A stretch of DNA of 64,000 bases from Hyphomicrobiales bacterium (GTDB lineage Bacteria; Pseudomonadota; Alphaproteobacteria; Rhizobiales; JAJFHR01). This document shows, piece after piece, positions 9,478-20,328 of this stretch; position 1 is the stretch's first letter; each line of letters starts with the position of its first letter. Position numbers and translations under genes: made by a program. The stretch spans positions 21,530 to 85,529 of the forward strand of contig JAJFHS010000006.1 in the NCBI GenBank assembly GCA_021775475.1, read 5' to 3'. The notes under the pieces are model-generated. The model saw only the letters and a program-made list of their open reading frames with translations, had not been told where the DNA came from and made no database searches.

Positions 9478-10479
9478 GTGTCAGAAAACTTGAACAAAGA
9501 AACACTTCTCGTCGACGAAACCAGTGCAGGCACCCGCCTTGACCGGTTTTTGGCAACGCAATTGCCACATATCAGTCGTTCACGATTAAAACAACTGATA
9601 AAACAGGGCGAAGTATGCCTTAACGGCGCCAAGATAGAGGAGCCTAATTACCGGGTCAAACCCGCAGATCAAATAAGTGTTAATTCACCTGATCCACAAG
9701 CAGCCCTGCCCCAGGCGCAGGATATTCCCTTGTGTGTGGTTTTTGAAGATGAGCACCTCATCGTCATTAACAAACCCCATGGCATGGTTGTGCATCCCGC
9801 TGCCGGCAACTGGGATGGAACCCTGGTGAATGCCCTGCTGGCCCATTGCGGCGATACACTTTCCGGCATTGGTGGTGTCAAACGCCCCGGCATTGTCCAC
9901 CGACTCGACAAAGACACCAGCGGTCTTATGGTCGTTGCCAAGACAGATCTGGCCCACAATAGTCTCGCCGACCAGTTCGCCGCCCATGGGCGCGATGGCA
10001 AGCTAAAACGTGCCTACAAGACCCTTGTCTGGGCTGCTCCGCGCCATACCCGCGGTCTGGTAAATGCACCACTGGGACGCAAACCAAATAACCGTCTCAA
10101 ACAAGCAGTCCTTAGAAAGGGTGGCAGACCATCAGTTACTCATTATGAAATACTGCAACATTTCCTCGAGAGTGAAAAAGGCCCTCTGCTGTCCCTGTTG
10201 AACTGCACCCTGGAAACCGGCCGCACCCATCAGATTCGCGTCCACATGGCCCATATCGGTTGCCCCGTGGTAGGAGATCAAACCTATGGGTCTGGTTTCA
10301 AAACCCGCGAGCAAAAACTGTCTGAAAAATCTCAAACCCTGCTCAAAAACCTCAAAAGACAGGCACTTCACGCTTATTTACTTGGATTTGAACATCCCAA
10401 AACCGGCGAAAAACTGGTATTTGAAAGCGATTTACCGCGCGATTTCGCCGATCTGCTCAACAGTCTCACAGATTCTTGA
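9478..10479 (+). CDS. rluD: RluA/RluD family 23S rRNA pseudouridine synthase
   Basis: N-terminal S4 domain (RLDRFLA...SRSRLKQLI), catalytic GIVHRLDKDTSG, LETGRTHQIRVHMAHIG. Confidence 0.95.
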   Translation: MSENLNKETLLVDETSAGTRLDRFLATQLPHISRSRLKQLIKQGEVCLNGAKIEEPNYRVKPADQISVNSPDPQAALPQAQDIPLCVVFEDEHLIVINKPHGMVVHPAAGNWDGTLVNALLAHCGDTLSGIGGVKRPGIVHRLDKDTSGLMVVAKTDLAHNSLADQFAAHGRDGKLKRAYKTLVWAAPRHTRGLVNAPLGRKPNNRLKQAVLRKGGRPSVTHYEILQHFLESEKGPLLSLLNCTLETGRTHQIRVHMAHIGCPVVGDQTYGSGFKTREQKLSEKSQTLLKNLKRQALHAYLLGFEHPKTGEKLVFESDLPRDFADLLNSLTDS

Positions 10480-10492
10480 TATCCGTTCAAAC

Positions 10493-10521
10493 CTTGAATT
10501 CCCCCACCCCAAACCCCATAT
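10493..10521 (+). promoter_or_regulatory. Sigma32 (RpoH)-type promoter upstream of rpoH
   Basis: CTTGAA-N15-CCCCATAT, a near-perfect heat-shock promoter consensus. Confidence 0.7.
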
Positions 10522-10631
10522 TTAAAGTCAAGGAAGAAACATAGAAACGCCATTTTTTTTGCGTAGTGGTAAAATTGCCAAAGCGTAATTTGAACTGATG
10601 CGTATTCTTTTAAACCAAGGGGGAAAATCAT

Positions 10632-11528
10632 ATGGCAAGATTGCCGTCTCTCTCCGCTGATGGCGGATTGACCCGTTATTTACAGGAAATCAAGCAGTTT
10701 CCCATGCTTGAGCCCAATGAAGAATATATGCTGGCCAAAAGCTGGACAGAGCATGAGGATTCAGAAGCCGCCCACCGGATGATAACCTCTCATCTGCGCC
10801 TGGTGGCCAAAATTGCCATGGGCTATCGCGGCTATGGTTTGCCAGTATCCGATGTTATTGCCGAAGGCAATATCGGTCTGATGCAGGCGGTGAAGAAATT
10901 TGATCCCGAGCGCGGTTTCCGCCTCGCAACCTACGCCATGTGGTGGATACGCGCCTCCATTCAGGAATACATCCTGCGCTCGTGGTCTTTGGTAAAAATG
11001 GGCACAACTGCAGCGCAGAAAAAACTGTTTTTCAATCTGCGCCGCATGAAGGGTAAAATTCAGGCGCTGGAAGATGGTGATCTGAGACCCGAACAGGTCG
11101 AGCATATCGCCACCAACCTCGGCGTGCCTGAAGCCGACGTCATTTCCATGAACCGACGCCTGAGTGGTGATGCCTCGCTCAACGCCCCCATGCGCGCTGA
11201 TTCTGAAGGTGGCGAATGGCAGGACTGGCTGGTGGATGAAGCCCCGGACCAGGAAAAAATGCTGGCGAAGTCTGAAGAAAGCACCCAGCGTTCCGCCATG
11301 TTGTCTGATGCCCTTGATAAGCTCAATGAACGCGAACGGCGTATTTTTGAAGCCCGCCGCCTCGAAGACTCACCCATGACGCTTGAAACATTGAGCCATG
11401 AATTTGGCGTTAGCCGCGAGCGCATCCGCCAGATTGAAGTGCGTGCCTTCGAAAAAGTTCAAAAAGCCGTGCAAGCCCAGGCCTCAAAACAGACGGCTGA
11501 GCGACTACAGGCATCAGCGGCACAATAA
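10632..11528 (+). CDS. rpoH: RNA polymerase heat-shock sigma factor RpoH
   Basis: RpoH box QKKLFFNLRR, RGFRLATYAMWWIRA, VSRERIRQIE. Confidence 0.97.
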   Translation: MARLPSLSADGGLTRYLQEIKQFPMLEPNEEYMLAKSWTEHEDSEAAHRMITSHLRLVAKIAMGYRGYGLPVSDVIAEGNIGLMQAVKKFDPERGFRLATYAMWWIRASIQEYILRSWSLVKMGTTAAQKKLFFNLRRMKGKIQALEDGDLRPEQVEHIATNLGVPEADVISMNRRLSGDASLNAPMRADSEGGEWQDWLVDEAPDQEKMLAKSEESTQRSAMLSDALDKLNERERRIFEARRLEDSPMTLETLSHEFGVSRERIRQIEVRAFEKVQKAVQAQASKQTAERLQASAAQ

Positions 11529-11560
11529 AGCCCTTGGGCTTAATTTTTACGAATACACCT

Positions 11561-11596
11561 GCAGGCACCTGGAAAATCCAGATGCCTGCTTTTTTC
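11561..11596 (+). terminator. Rho-independent terminator after rpoH
   Basis: gcaggca-c-ctgga-aaa-tccag-a-tgcctgc followed by a T-tract. Confidence 0.8.
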
Positions 11597-11622
11597 TGTT
11601 TATGGCGTAATCTGGTGAGCCT

Positions 11623-13665
11623 TCAAAATTCCTTGCACAGTCGCAAAGCATCATAAATTGCAGCGTGAATATTGCGGCTGGAAATAGCATCACCGATGCG
11701 GAATAATCTGTAAGCGCCTTCAGCGTTGGAAGCAATTGCTTGCGGCTCGCCGTTTATCAAAGCCTGATAGTTAACCTCGCCGCGGTTTATCGAACCTGCT
11801 TTGAGGTCAAAGTAAATATCATCCAGTGGTATTGTGCCGTGTTCGACCACCACCTGGTCCACATAGCGTATCTGCGTGGCTGACGTATAGTCGCTACCAA
11901 TCACAGCTTTCAAACTGTTGCCTTCGCGCTCCACGCCAAGCAACCTTGAATTGATGGTTATTCGCACTTCTTTTTCACCGAACAACCTGGCGTAAGGCAC
12001 ATGGTTTAAACCGCCTATTTCGGGGGCGAAATATCGTTCCGGTGTGACAATTTCCAATTGCGCTCCCGACAGGGCAATCATTTCGGCTGCCTGCATGCCG
12101 GGGTGCGCACCATGATCATCAAACGCCAGAACCTTGTCAGCCGGTTTAACCTCACCAGACAGAATATCCCAGCTGCTGATCGTTAATTCATTACCAGCGT
12201 CGAGCGCTTCTGTATCTGGAATTCCTCCGGTGGCAATGATGACAATGTCGGGGGCAAGTTCAATCACATCAGATTTTTCTGCAAACAGATTATATCTGAA
12301 TTCAACCCCAAGCTGCTCACATTGGGCTAAACGCCAGTCAATAATGCCAACAAGCTCGCGCCGTCGCTGCGTCCGTGCCGCCAGCAAAACCTGGCCACCG
12401 GCCTTGTCGGCAGCTTCGAGAACAACCACCTTATGGCCGCGTTCGCCACACACTCTTGCAGCCTCAAGGCCACCGGGCCCGGCACCAACCACTACGATGG
12501 ATTTTAGCGGTCCTTCGGATTTTGCGATAACCTGCGGCATGGTGGCTTCGCGACCGGTGGCCGGGTTGTGTATACATAAAGCTTCATGGCCTTCGTATAT
12601 GCGGTCGAGACAATACGTAGCACCGACGCAAGGTCGAATGTCTTCTTCGCGGCGCGCGATAATTTTCCGCACAATATGCGGATCCGCCATATGCGGCCGG
12701 GTCATGCCAACCATATCCAGCTTGCCTTCAGCAATGGCATGACGCGCTGTTGCCACATCAGCGATACGGGCGGCATGAAAGATCGGAAATCCTGTGTCCG
12801 CGCGCACTTCTCCAGCAAAATCCAAGTGCGGTGCTGACGCCATCCCCTGTATCGGAATAACTTTGGCCAGGGCTGCGTCATGATCAATGTGACCTTTGAT
12901 AACATTGAGAAAATCAATATCATCTGTTGCCACCAGACGTCGGGCGATTTCCAGGCCTTCTTCGTGCGAAAACCCCTTTTCCCAGTCTTCATCAACCGCC
13001 AGCCGCGTGCCGACAATAAAATCAGGCCCAACGGCTGCGCGTATTGCTGCAAAGACCTGCAATGAAAACCGCATGCGGTTTTCCAGCGAACCGCCGTACT
13101 GATCCTGCCTGAAATTCGTTGCCGGCGACCAGAATTGATCGGGAAAATGGCCGTAGGCTTCAATTTCAATGCCATCAAGACCGGCAGCTGCCATCCGTTG
13201 GGCGCAGGCGGCATACTCCTTGATAATGCGCTCTATATCCCATTCTTCCGCTGGTTTTGGAAATGTGCGGTGCGCTGCTTCGCGCACCCGCGATGGTGCC
13301 ACCACCGGCAGCCAGTCGGAATGGTTCCAGTTGGTGCGGCGTCCCAGATGCGTAATCTGGACCATCACTGCACAACCATACTCATGGCATTCATCTGTCA
13401 GGCGTTTTAGCGGCGCGACAATTTCATCCTTGTAGGCATGAAGATTGCCAAACGGCGGCGGTGAATCCTGCGACACGATTGCCGAGCCCGCCGTCATCGT
13501 CAGGGCAATACCGCCCTTGGCTTTTTCCACATGATAGCGGCGGTAACGATCCATCGGCAGACCGTCTTCAGAATAAGACGGTTCGTGCGCGGTCGACATC
13601 AGCCGGTTTTTCAACGTCAAATGCTTGAGCTGGAACGGTTGCAACAAAGGATCATTGGCAGACAT
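11623..13665 (-). CDS. stcD: NADH:flavin oxidoreductase (OYE-like TIM barrel + FAD/NAD domain), N-methylproline demethylase StcD-like
   Basis: MSANDPLLQPFQLKHLTLKNR, THLGRRT, IPIQGMASAPHLDFAGE, VGAGPGGLEAAR, IGDAISSRNIHAAIYDALRL match my recollection of Sinorhizobium StcD; substrate not proven. Confidence 0.8.
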   Translation of the reverse strand: MSANDPLLQPFQLKHLTLKNRLMSTAHEPSYSEDGLPMDRYRRYHVEKAKGGIALTMTAGSAIVSQDSPPPFGNLHAYKDEIVAPLKRLTDECHEYGCAVMVQITHLGRRTNWNHSDWLPVVAPSRVREAAHRTFPKPAEEWDIERIIKEYAACAQRMAAAGLDGIEIEAYGHFPDQFWSPATNFRQDQYGGSLENRMRFSLQVFAAIRAAVGPDFIVGTRLAVDEDWEKGFSHEEGLEIARRLVATDDIDFLNVIKGHIDHDAALAKVIPIQGMASAPHLDFAGEVRADTGFPIFHAARIADVATARHAIAEGKLDMVGMTRPHMADPHIVRKIIARREEDIRPCVGATYCLDRIYEGHEALCIHNPATGREATMPQVIAKSEGPLKSIVVVGAGPGGLEAARVCGERGHKVVVLEAADKAGGQVLLAARTQRRRELVGIIDWRLAQCEQLGVEFRYNLFAEKSDVIELAPDIVIIATGGIPDTEALDAGNELTISSWDILSGEVKPADKVLAFDDHGAHPGMQAAEMIALSGAQLEIVTPERYFAPEIGGLNHVPYARLFGEKEVRITINSRLLGVEREGNSLKAVIGSDYTSATQIRYVDQVVVEHGTIPLDDIYFDLKAGSINRGEVNYQALINGEPQAIASNAEGAYRLFRIGDAISSRNIHAAIYDALRLCKEF

Positions 13666-13682
13666 TTTATTCCCCCCTGTGG

Positions 13683-15494
13683 TCAGGTTTCCTCATCCGC
13701 ATCTGGTTTTAGAGGTTGCACAACGGCATCGCGAATGAACAACTCTTCCAGCTCCTTTGCACCGGACAACGCTCCTTTGCGCAGTTTTTCCTCGTCGGTA
13801 TAATGCTTGTAATCTTCATACAGTCTTTGACTGTCATGCTGGCGGAAGGTTTCAATCGTATCTTCTGCCTCACCATAGGGCAGGCCGATGCCAAAGAGCA
13901 CGTCACGGGTCAATTCCAGAGATGACAAAAACGCTTCCCGGTGAATGTGCTCCACCCCCAGCTCAAGCAGGCGGTGTACATGCTGGCGGTCTTGCGCCCG
14001 GGCATAGATGGTAAGGTTTGGAAAATGCTGACGCACCACAGCAGCGGTTTTAAGCGAGGCTTCAACATCATCCACCGTCAGCACAAAGGCCAAGGCCTTG
14101 TCGGCATGGGCTGCTTTTAGAATATCCAGCCTGGATGAATCACCATAATAGATTTTGTTGCCAAACTTGCGCACAAAATCTACCTGCGTCGAACTTAAGT
14201 CCAGCCCGGTATAAGGAATTTTCTTGGCTTGTAACACGCGTGCTGCAATCTGCCCCATGCGGCCAAACCCCGCAATAATCACATGACCGGTATTTTCCGG
14301 CGGGGCAACAAAATCAGGCTCAACGCCTTTCATGTTCCGTGTCACCGCCTCATCCAGCAACAATAAAAACGGTGTCGCCACCATCGACAGCGTAACTGAT
14401 AATGCCAGTAAATCAGCCAGCCCGCGTTCTATCAAGCCACCGCCAGCTGCCAGCCCAAAAACCACAAAGGCAAATTCACCACCTTGCGACAATACCAGAG
14501 CCATGCGCCGCGATGGCCCGCCATCGAGCTTCCACCACCGCCCCAGCAGGTAAATAACGCTGAATTTAATCACCAGAAGGGCTGCGACAAAAATCAGGAC
14601 TTTTGCTGGCAGCGTCAGGAGCAGGCCGAAATTGAGCGACATGCCGATGGCAGTAAAAAACAACCCCATCAACAAACCTTCAAAGGGTGCGATATCAGCC
14701 TGAATTTGATGGCGAAAAGGTGAATCCGCCAACAGCGCCCCGGCAATAAATGCCCCAAGAGCCGCCGACAGCCCGGCCCAGTCCATCAATAAAGCAACGC
14801 CAACCACGGTCAAAAGAGCACACGCAGTCATAGCTTCTCTTACATCTGTTGCCGCAACCAGTTTAAACAGCCGCTCAAGCAAAAAATGGCCGATCAAAAC
14901 AACCAGCACAATCGTGCCAACCGCCCAGAATATAGGCCACAGACTCGCACCTTCGACACCAACATTTGTAAACACCGCCAGCAAGGGCACCACGGCCAGT
15001 AGCGGAATAGCGGCAAGATCCTGAAACAGCAGGATCGAGAATGACAAACGCCCGTGGCGTGTTGTTAACTCACCTTTTTCTTCCAGAATTTGCAATGCAA
15101 ATGCGGTCGAGGACAACGACAGGGCAAACCCCATCAACAGGGCAGTGGAGGTCGAAAACCCTGCCCAGTACCCGGCAAGCGACAACAACGCGGCGGTAAT
15201 AAAAAACTGCGCACCACCGAGGCCGAAAATCGAAGACCGCATCGACCACAATCTCACCGGCCTCAATTCCAGGCCAATCAGAAACAGCAATAGAACCACA
15301 CCAAATTCTGCAATGTGTAAAATCGAACTGACATTATAGATTGAGGCAACATTGCCGATGCCATAAGGTCCTATGAAAATACCGGCTACAAGATAGCCCA
15401 ACACCGCACCAATTCTCATTCGTTTGGCAATAGGGGCCGCGATCGCTGCGGCGGCTAAAAATAAGGCTATTTGTACCAGTGTTATCTGTTGCAT
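13683..15494 (-). CDS. CPA2 monovalent cation:proton antiporter, KefB/KefC-like K+ efflux protein
   Basis: AEFGVVLLLFLIGLELRP, LLFQDLAAIP, LSQGGEFAFV and a C-terminal KTN domain IIAGFGRMGQ. Confidence 0.9.
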   Translation of the reverse strand: MQQITLVQIALFLAAAAIAAPIAKRMRIGAVLGYLVAGIFIGPYGIGNVASIYNVSSILHIAEFGVVLLLFLIGLELRPVRLWSMRSSIFGLGGAQFFITAALLSLAGYWAGFSTSTALLMGFALSLSSTAFALQILEEKGELTTRHGRLSFSILLFQDLAAIPLLAVVPLLAVFTNVGVEGASLWPIFWAVGTIVLVVLIGHFLLERLFKLVAATDVREAMTACALLTVVGVALLMDWAGLSAALGAFIAGALLADSPFRHQIQADIAPFEGLLMGLFFTAIGMSLNFGLLLTLPAKVLIFVAALLVIKFSVIYLLGRWWKLDGGPSRRMALVLSQGGEFAFVVFGLAAGGGLIERGLADLLALSVTLSMVATPFLLLLDEAVTRNMKGVEPDFVAPPENTGHVIIAGFGRMGQIAARVLQAKKIPYTGLDLSSTQVDFVRKFGNKIYYGDSSRLDILKAAHADKALAFVLTVDDVEASLKTAAVVRQHFPNLTIYARAQDRQHVHRLLELGVEHIHREAFLSSLELTRDVLFGIGLPYGEAEDTIETFRQHDSQRLYEDYKHYTDEEKLRKGALSGAKELEELFIRDAVVQPLKPDADEET

Positions 15495-15593
15495 TTATTT
15501 GCTAAACACTCAGTTTGAAATATCGCTCGCAGGCGTAAGCCTGATTCGAATACCTGTATGCTAAGATTGAGCACGAACCACCGGTGGATGTAA

Positions 15594-16595
15594 ATGAGAC
15601 AATGTAAAGAAATACAGCAATTTAAAGTCGCAGCCCTGTATAAGTTTGTGGCTTTGCCGGATTATGTTGAACTGCAACCTTGCCTGCTGACCTTTTGCCA
15701 GCAACACGGAATTCGCGGCACCCTGCTTGTAGCCGCCGAGGGCATCAATGGCACTATTGCCGGCAGCGCGGCCGATATTGATGCCTTTATCAGCTATTTG
15801 CGCGAGGCAAATATTTTCAAAAACCGTTTTGAGGGCATAGACGTCAAATATTCCTATGCCGACACCGCACCTTTCTTGCGCATGAAAGTGCGATTAAAAC
15901 GCGAAATTGTTACCCTTCGCGCCGAAGAGGCTGATCCGACAAAACGGGTCGGAACATATGTTACGCCCGAGCAGTGGAACCAGTTGATCGCTGACCCTGA
16001 TCTGGTCATTCTGGATACGCGCAATGATTATGAAGTAGCCCTTGGAACCTTTGAGGGTGCCATTGACCCCAAAACCGAAAATTTTACCCAGTTCAAGGAT
16101 TTCGTTGTTGAAACGCTTTCACCTGATACCACCAAAAAAGTGGCGATGTTCTGCACCGGTGGCATTCGCTGCGAAAAAGCCTCCGCCTATATGCTGGCAC
16201 AAGGTTATGAACAGGTGTTTCATCTCAAAGGCGGTATTTTGAACTACCTCGAAACCATGCCCGAGAAAAACAGCAAATGGCATGGCGACTGTTTTGTCTT
16301 TGATGAACGCGTCGCCGTCAACCATGATCTCAAACCCAGCGGCCACACCCAGTGCCACGCCTGCCGCATGCCGCTTAACGATGAAGAGCGCAATTCGCCC
16401 GATTTTATCGAAGGCGTGCAATGCCCTTATTGCCGCGATAGCAAATCAAACATCGAGCGCGAACGAGCCCGTGCCCGCCAGCACCAGATGACCCTGGCAA
16501 AAGCCCGCGGCCTCGCCCATATCGGCGATGACGCAGTTGGTGATGCTGCTGAAATGAAACGGGCCAAAGAAAAGGCCCGTATGGGGGGAAACTGA
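15594..16595 (+). CDS. trhO: tRNA U34 hydroxylase TrhO (YceA, rhodanese-related)
   Basis: GTLLVAAEGINGTIAG, RMKVRLKREIV, DTRNDYE, MFCTGGIRCEKAS, LKGGILNY, CFVFDERV. Confidence 0.93.
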   Translation: MRQCKEIQQFKVAALYKFVALPDYVELQPCLLTFCQQHGIRGTLLVAAEGINGTIAGSAADIDAFISYLREANIFKNRFEGIDVKYSYADTAPFLRMKVRLKREIVTLRAEEADPTKRVGTYVTPEQWNQLIADPDLVILDTRNDYEVALGTFEGAIDPKTENFTQFKDFVVETLSPDTTKKVAMFCTGGIRCEKASAYMLAQGYEQVFHLKGGILNYLETMPEKNSKWHGDCFVFDERVAVNHDLKPSGHTQCHACRMPLNDEERNSPDFIEGVQCPYCRDSKSNIERERARARQHQMTLAKARGLAHIGDDAVGDAAEMKRAKEKARMGGN

Positions 16596-16627
16596 AGCGC
16601 ATTGGATAGCCCTGCGTTAACAGCTCT

Positions 16628-16750
16628 ACCCCTCATCCATCAGCTTACGCTACCACCTTCTCCCGCAAGGGGAGAAGGGAAACTATAATGTAACCTTTTC
16701 CTTCTCCCCTTGCGGGAGAAGGTGGCGCCGAAGGCGTCGGATGAGGGGTT
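16628..16750. repeat. Intergenic palindromic (REP-like) element, family A copy 1
   Basis: cccctcatcc...ccaccttctcccgcaaggggagaagg / ccttctccccttgcgggagaaggtgg...ggatgagggg inverted arms; second copy at 18003. Confidence 0.85.
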
Positions 16751-16764
16751 GAGCGTGGTTGTTT

Positions 16765-16836
16765 TTACTCTGCCTCATCCGATGATTTCAAACCGCCCCC
16801 ACCAGGTTCCTCATTGGCTTCAACAACAGGTGTCGG
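16765..16836 (-). pseudogene. Stranded remnant of a thiC 3' end
   Basis: Translates PTPVVEANEEPGGGGLKSSDEAE*, versus the intact ThiC end [23 protein letters not shown]; followed by the same downstream sequence and palindromic element as thiC. Confidence 0.8.
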
Positions 16837-16837
16837 T

Positions 16838-17737
16838 CTATCTCAGTTGTTTTTTGTAGATAATACCATTGGATCTTATCCGCAGGCGCCAACGGTTGCC
16901 TCCTTGCAAAGCAAAGAATGTATAGCGTTGCTGAAGGTCACAGTCTTTCCACTGGACATTACCAAAACCCTGGCCCCGTATAACATTCGCAAGTCTATTA
17001 ACATTCGGGCAGGCTTGCGTTACAGGTTGGGGTCGCGGTCGCGGATTAATGCGTGGCGGATTATAGGGTGGCGTATAGGGTCGCGTATAGGGTGGCGTAT
17101 AGGGTCGCGTATAGACCCGCCTTACCGGTGGGCAAAACCCCGTGGGTGATCTTCGCGCCACATCCAGTGCATTCTGTGAGGGCTCGCTGCCGAGACGCAG
17201 TCTCGCCTGATTGGCAAATCTTCTGAGCGCGGCTCTGCTGCCACGCCCCCAAATACCATCAACCCGTCCCGGCAGGCAGCCAAGACGCTTGAGTTCGCTT
17301 TGCAACGGGTAGGCGAGGCTGACGGTTGGGCGCGGATAAACCGGTTGTTGCGGATAAACCGGTGATTGAGGGTTGCGCCACTGCGGTGGGTTATAGGGTG
17401 GATACACTGGCTGGCGTGGCGGATACACCGGTGGTGCGACTGGTCGCGGGGCGACAGGTTGCGGTGCTGGCCTTGATGGCAGGACACCATTGGTCTTGAA
17501 ATATGTACCTGTGCCGGTCAACGGATACATCGTACCATTAGCCAGTCCTGATCTGGAATGGCATGAGGAACAGGCTATATTGCCGTTTGCCTGCGAATAC
17601 TGCTTGATGGCGTGAGCCGGTCTCGACATGATCGATATCTGGAACGAGGCGACCAAGCTCAGAACCGCAGCACAAAAAATAACTTTGGACCTTATTAAAG
17701 CGATTTTTGCATTACCGGATAAATTATCTTTTTTCAT
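16838..17737 (-). CDS. Secreted Pro-rich protein with N-terminal CXXCH monoheme motif, peptidoglycan-binding domain and PepSY-like C-terminal domain
   Basis: Signal peptide ending PAHA; CSSCH (17558-17572); Pro/Tyr repeats; LQSELKRLGCLPGRVDGIWGRGSRAALRRF; GGGGG RBS before the ATG. Confidence 0.75.
   Translation of the reverse strand: MKKDNLSGNAKIALIRSKVIFCAAVLSLVASFQISIMSRPAHAIKQYSQANGNIACSSCHSRSGLANGTMYPLTGTGTYFKTNGVLPSRPAPQPVAPRPVAPPVYPPRQPVYPPYNPPQWRNPQSPVYPQQPVYPRPTVSLAYPLQSELKRLGCLPGRVDGIWGRGSRAALRRFANQARLRLGSEPSQNALDVARRSPTGFCPPVRRVYTRPYTPPYTRPYTPPYNPPRINPRPRPQPVTQACPNVNRLANVIRGQGFGNVQWKDCDLQQRYTFFALQGGNRWRLRIRSNGIIYKKQLR
17062..17114. repeat. 12-bp tandem repeat (tatagggt[g/c]gcg x4) inside the Pro-rich gene
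   Basis: Read directly; encodes YTRPYTPPYTRPYTPPY. Confidence 0.9.
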
Positions 17738-18002
17738 TTTTCCCCCAAAAAATTAAAAAACTATACAGCCTGCACCTTATACCGACTCTATTTTTTCAGA
17801 CTTAAAAAATATTTACAGCCCCCATAATTTCACTACTCGATCACTCAATCATGGAATGCTTCTCTTAGCAATGCCCGATTATGAAGATATTTTTCATCAA
17901 AAACAGAAAATGCAGTTAATGTTCATCGAAAGCCTGATACAAATCGCACTGCCCTGCACAGTGGCAAACCATCGACTGAAGCGTTTTGGAAAACCCCACG
18001 CT

Positions 18003-18154
18003 AACCACGCTCACCCCTCATCCGTCAGCTGCGCTGCCACCTTCTCCCGCAAGGGGAGAAGGGAAAGGTTTCTTTTATTTAACATCATAGCTTCCCTTCT
18101 CCCCTTGCGGGAGAAGGTGGCGCCGAAGGCGTCGGATGAGGGGTGAGCGTGGTT
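18003..18154. repeat. Intergenic palindromic (REP-like) element, family A copy 2, just downstream of the thiC stop
   Basis: aaccacgctcacccctcatccg ... cggatgaggggtgagcgtggtt perfect outer arms plus inner ccaccttctcccgcaaggggagaagg arms. Confidence 0.9.
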
Positions 18155-18158
18155 GTAT

Positions 18159-20072
<1,914 letters not shown>

Positions 20073-20117
20073 CTAATCTTGCACAACAGGAAATCCGAAG
20101 CATGTATGGTCAAGGGT

Positions 20118-20218
20118 TTCCGTCCCTCCGCCAGCATGACCCGGATCAGGTTTTTAGGGTTCACCGTCAAACTCACGGCATCTCAGTTCTAAAATAAGAA
20201 CACCCCTCGGAATGGGTT
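20118..20218 (-). ncRNA. TPP riboswitch (thi-box)
   Basis: Minus strand reads GGGGTG...CTGAGA...ACCC..AACCTGATCCGGGTCATGCTGGCGGAGGGA directly upstream of thiC. Confidence 0.93.
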
Positions 20219-20328
20219 CAACCTAACCTATTTGCCTCAAGTGCGATAGCATTGAAATGCCCACATGTGCAAAACCGGGCTTATGTGCTACGATAAACAT
20301 CAAGTCCAATAGCAATGAAGGGCACGAC

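Noticed and set aside
16814-17149. + strand ORF with IGWRIGSR repeats
   Set aside because: Antisense reading of the 12-bp tandem repeat in the Pro-rich gene.
17956-17995. GCACAGTGGCAAACCATCGA, resembling the start of a c-di-GMP-I riboswitch
   Set aside because: The GNRA loop and GGGACGCAAAGC continuation are missing, and it points away from the nearest gene.
17856-18146. 96-aa ORF (…HPSSVSCAATFSRKGRR…)
   Set aside because: Its second half is the translation of family A palindrome copy 2, a typical spurious ORF.
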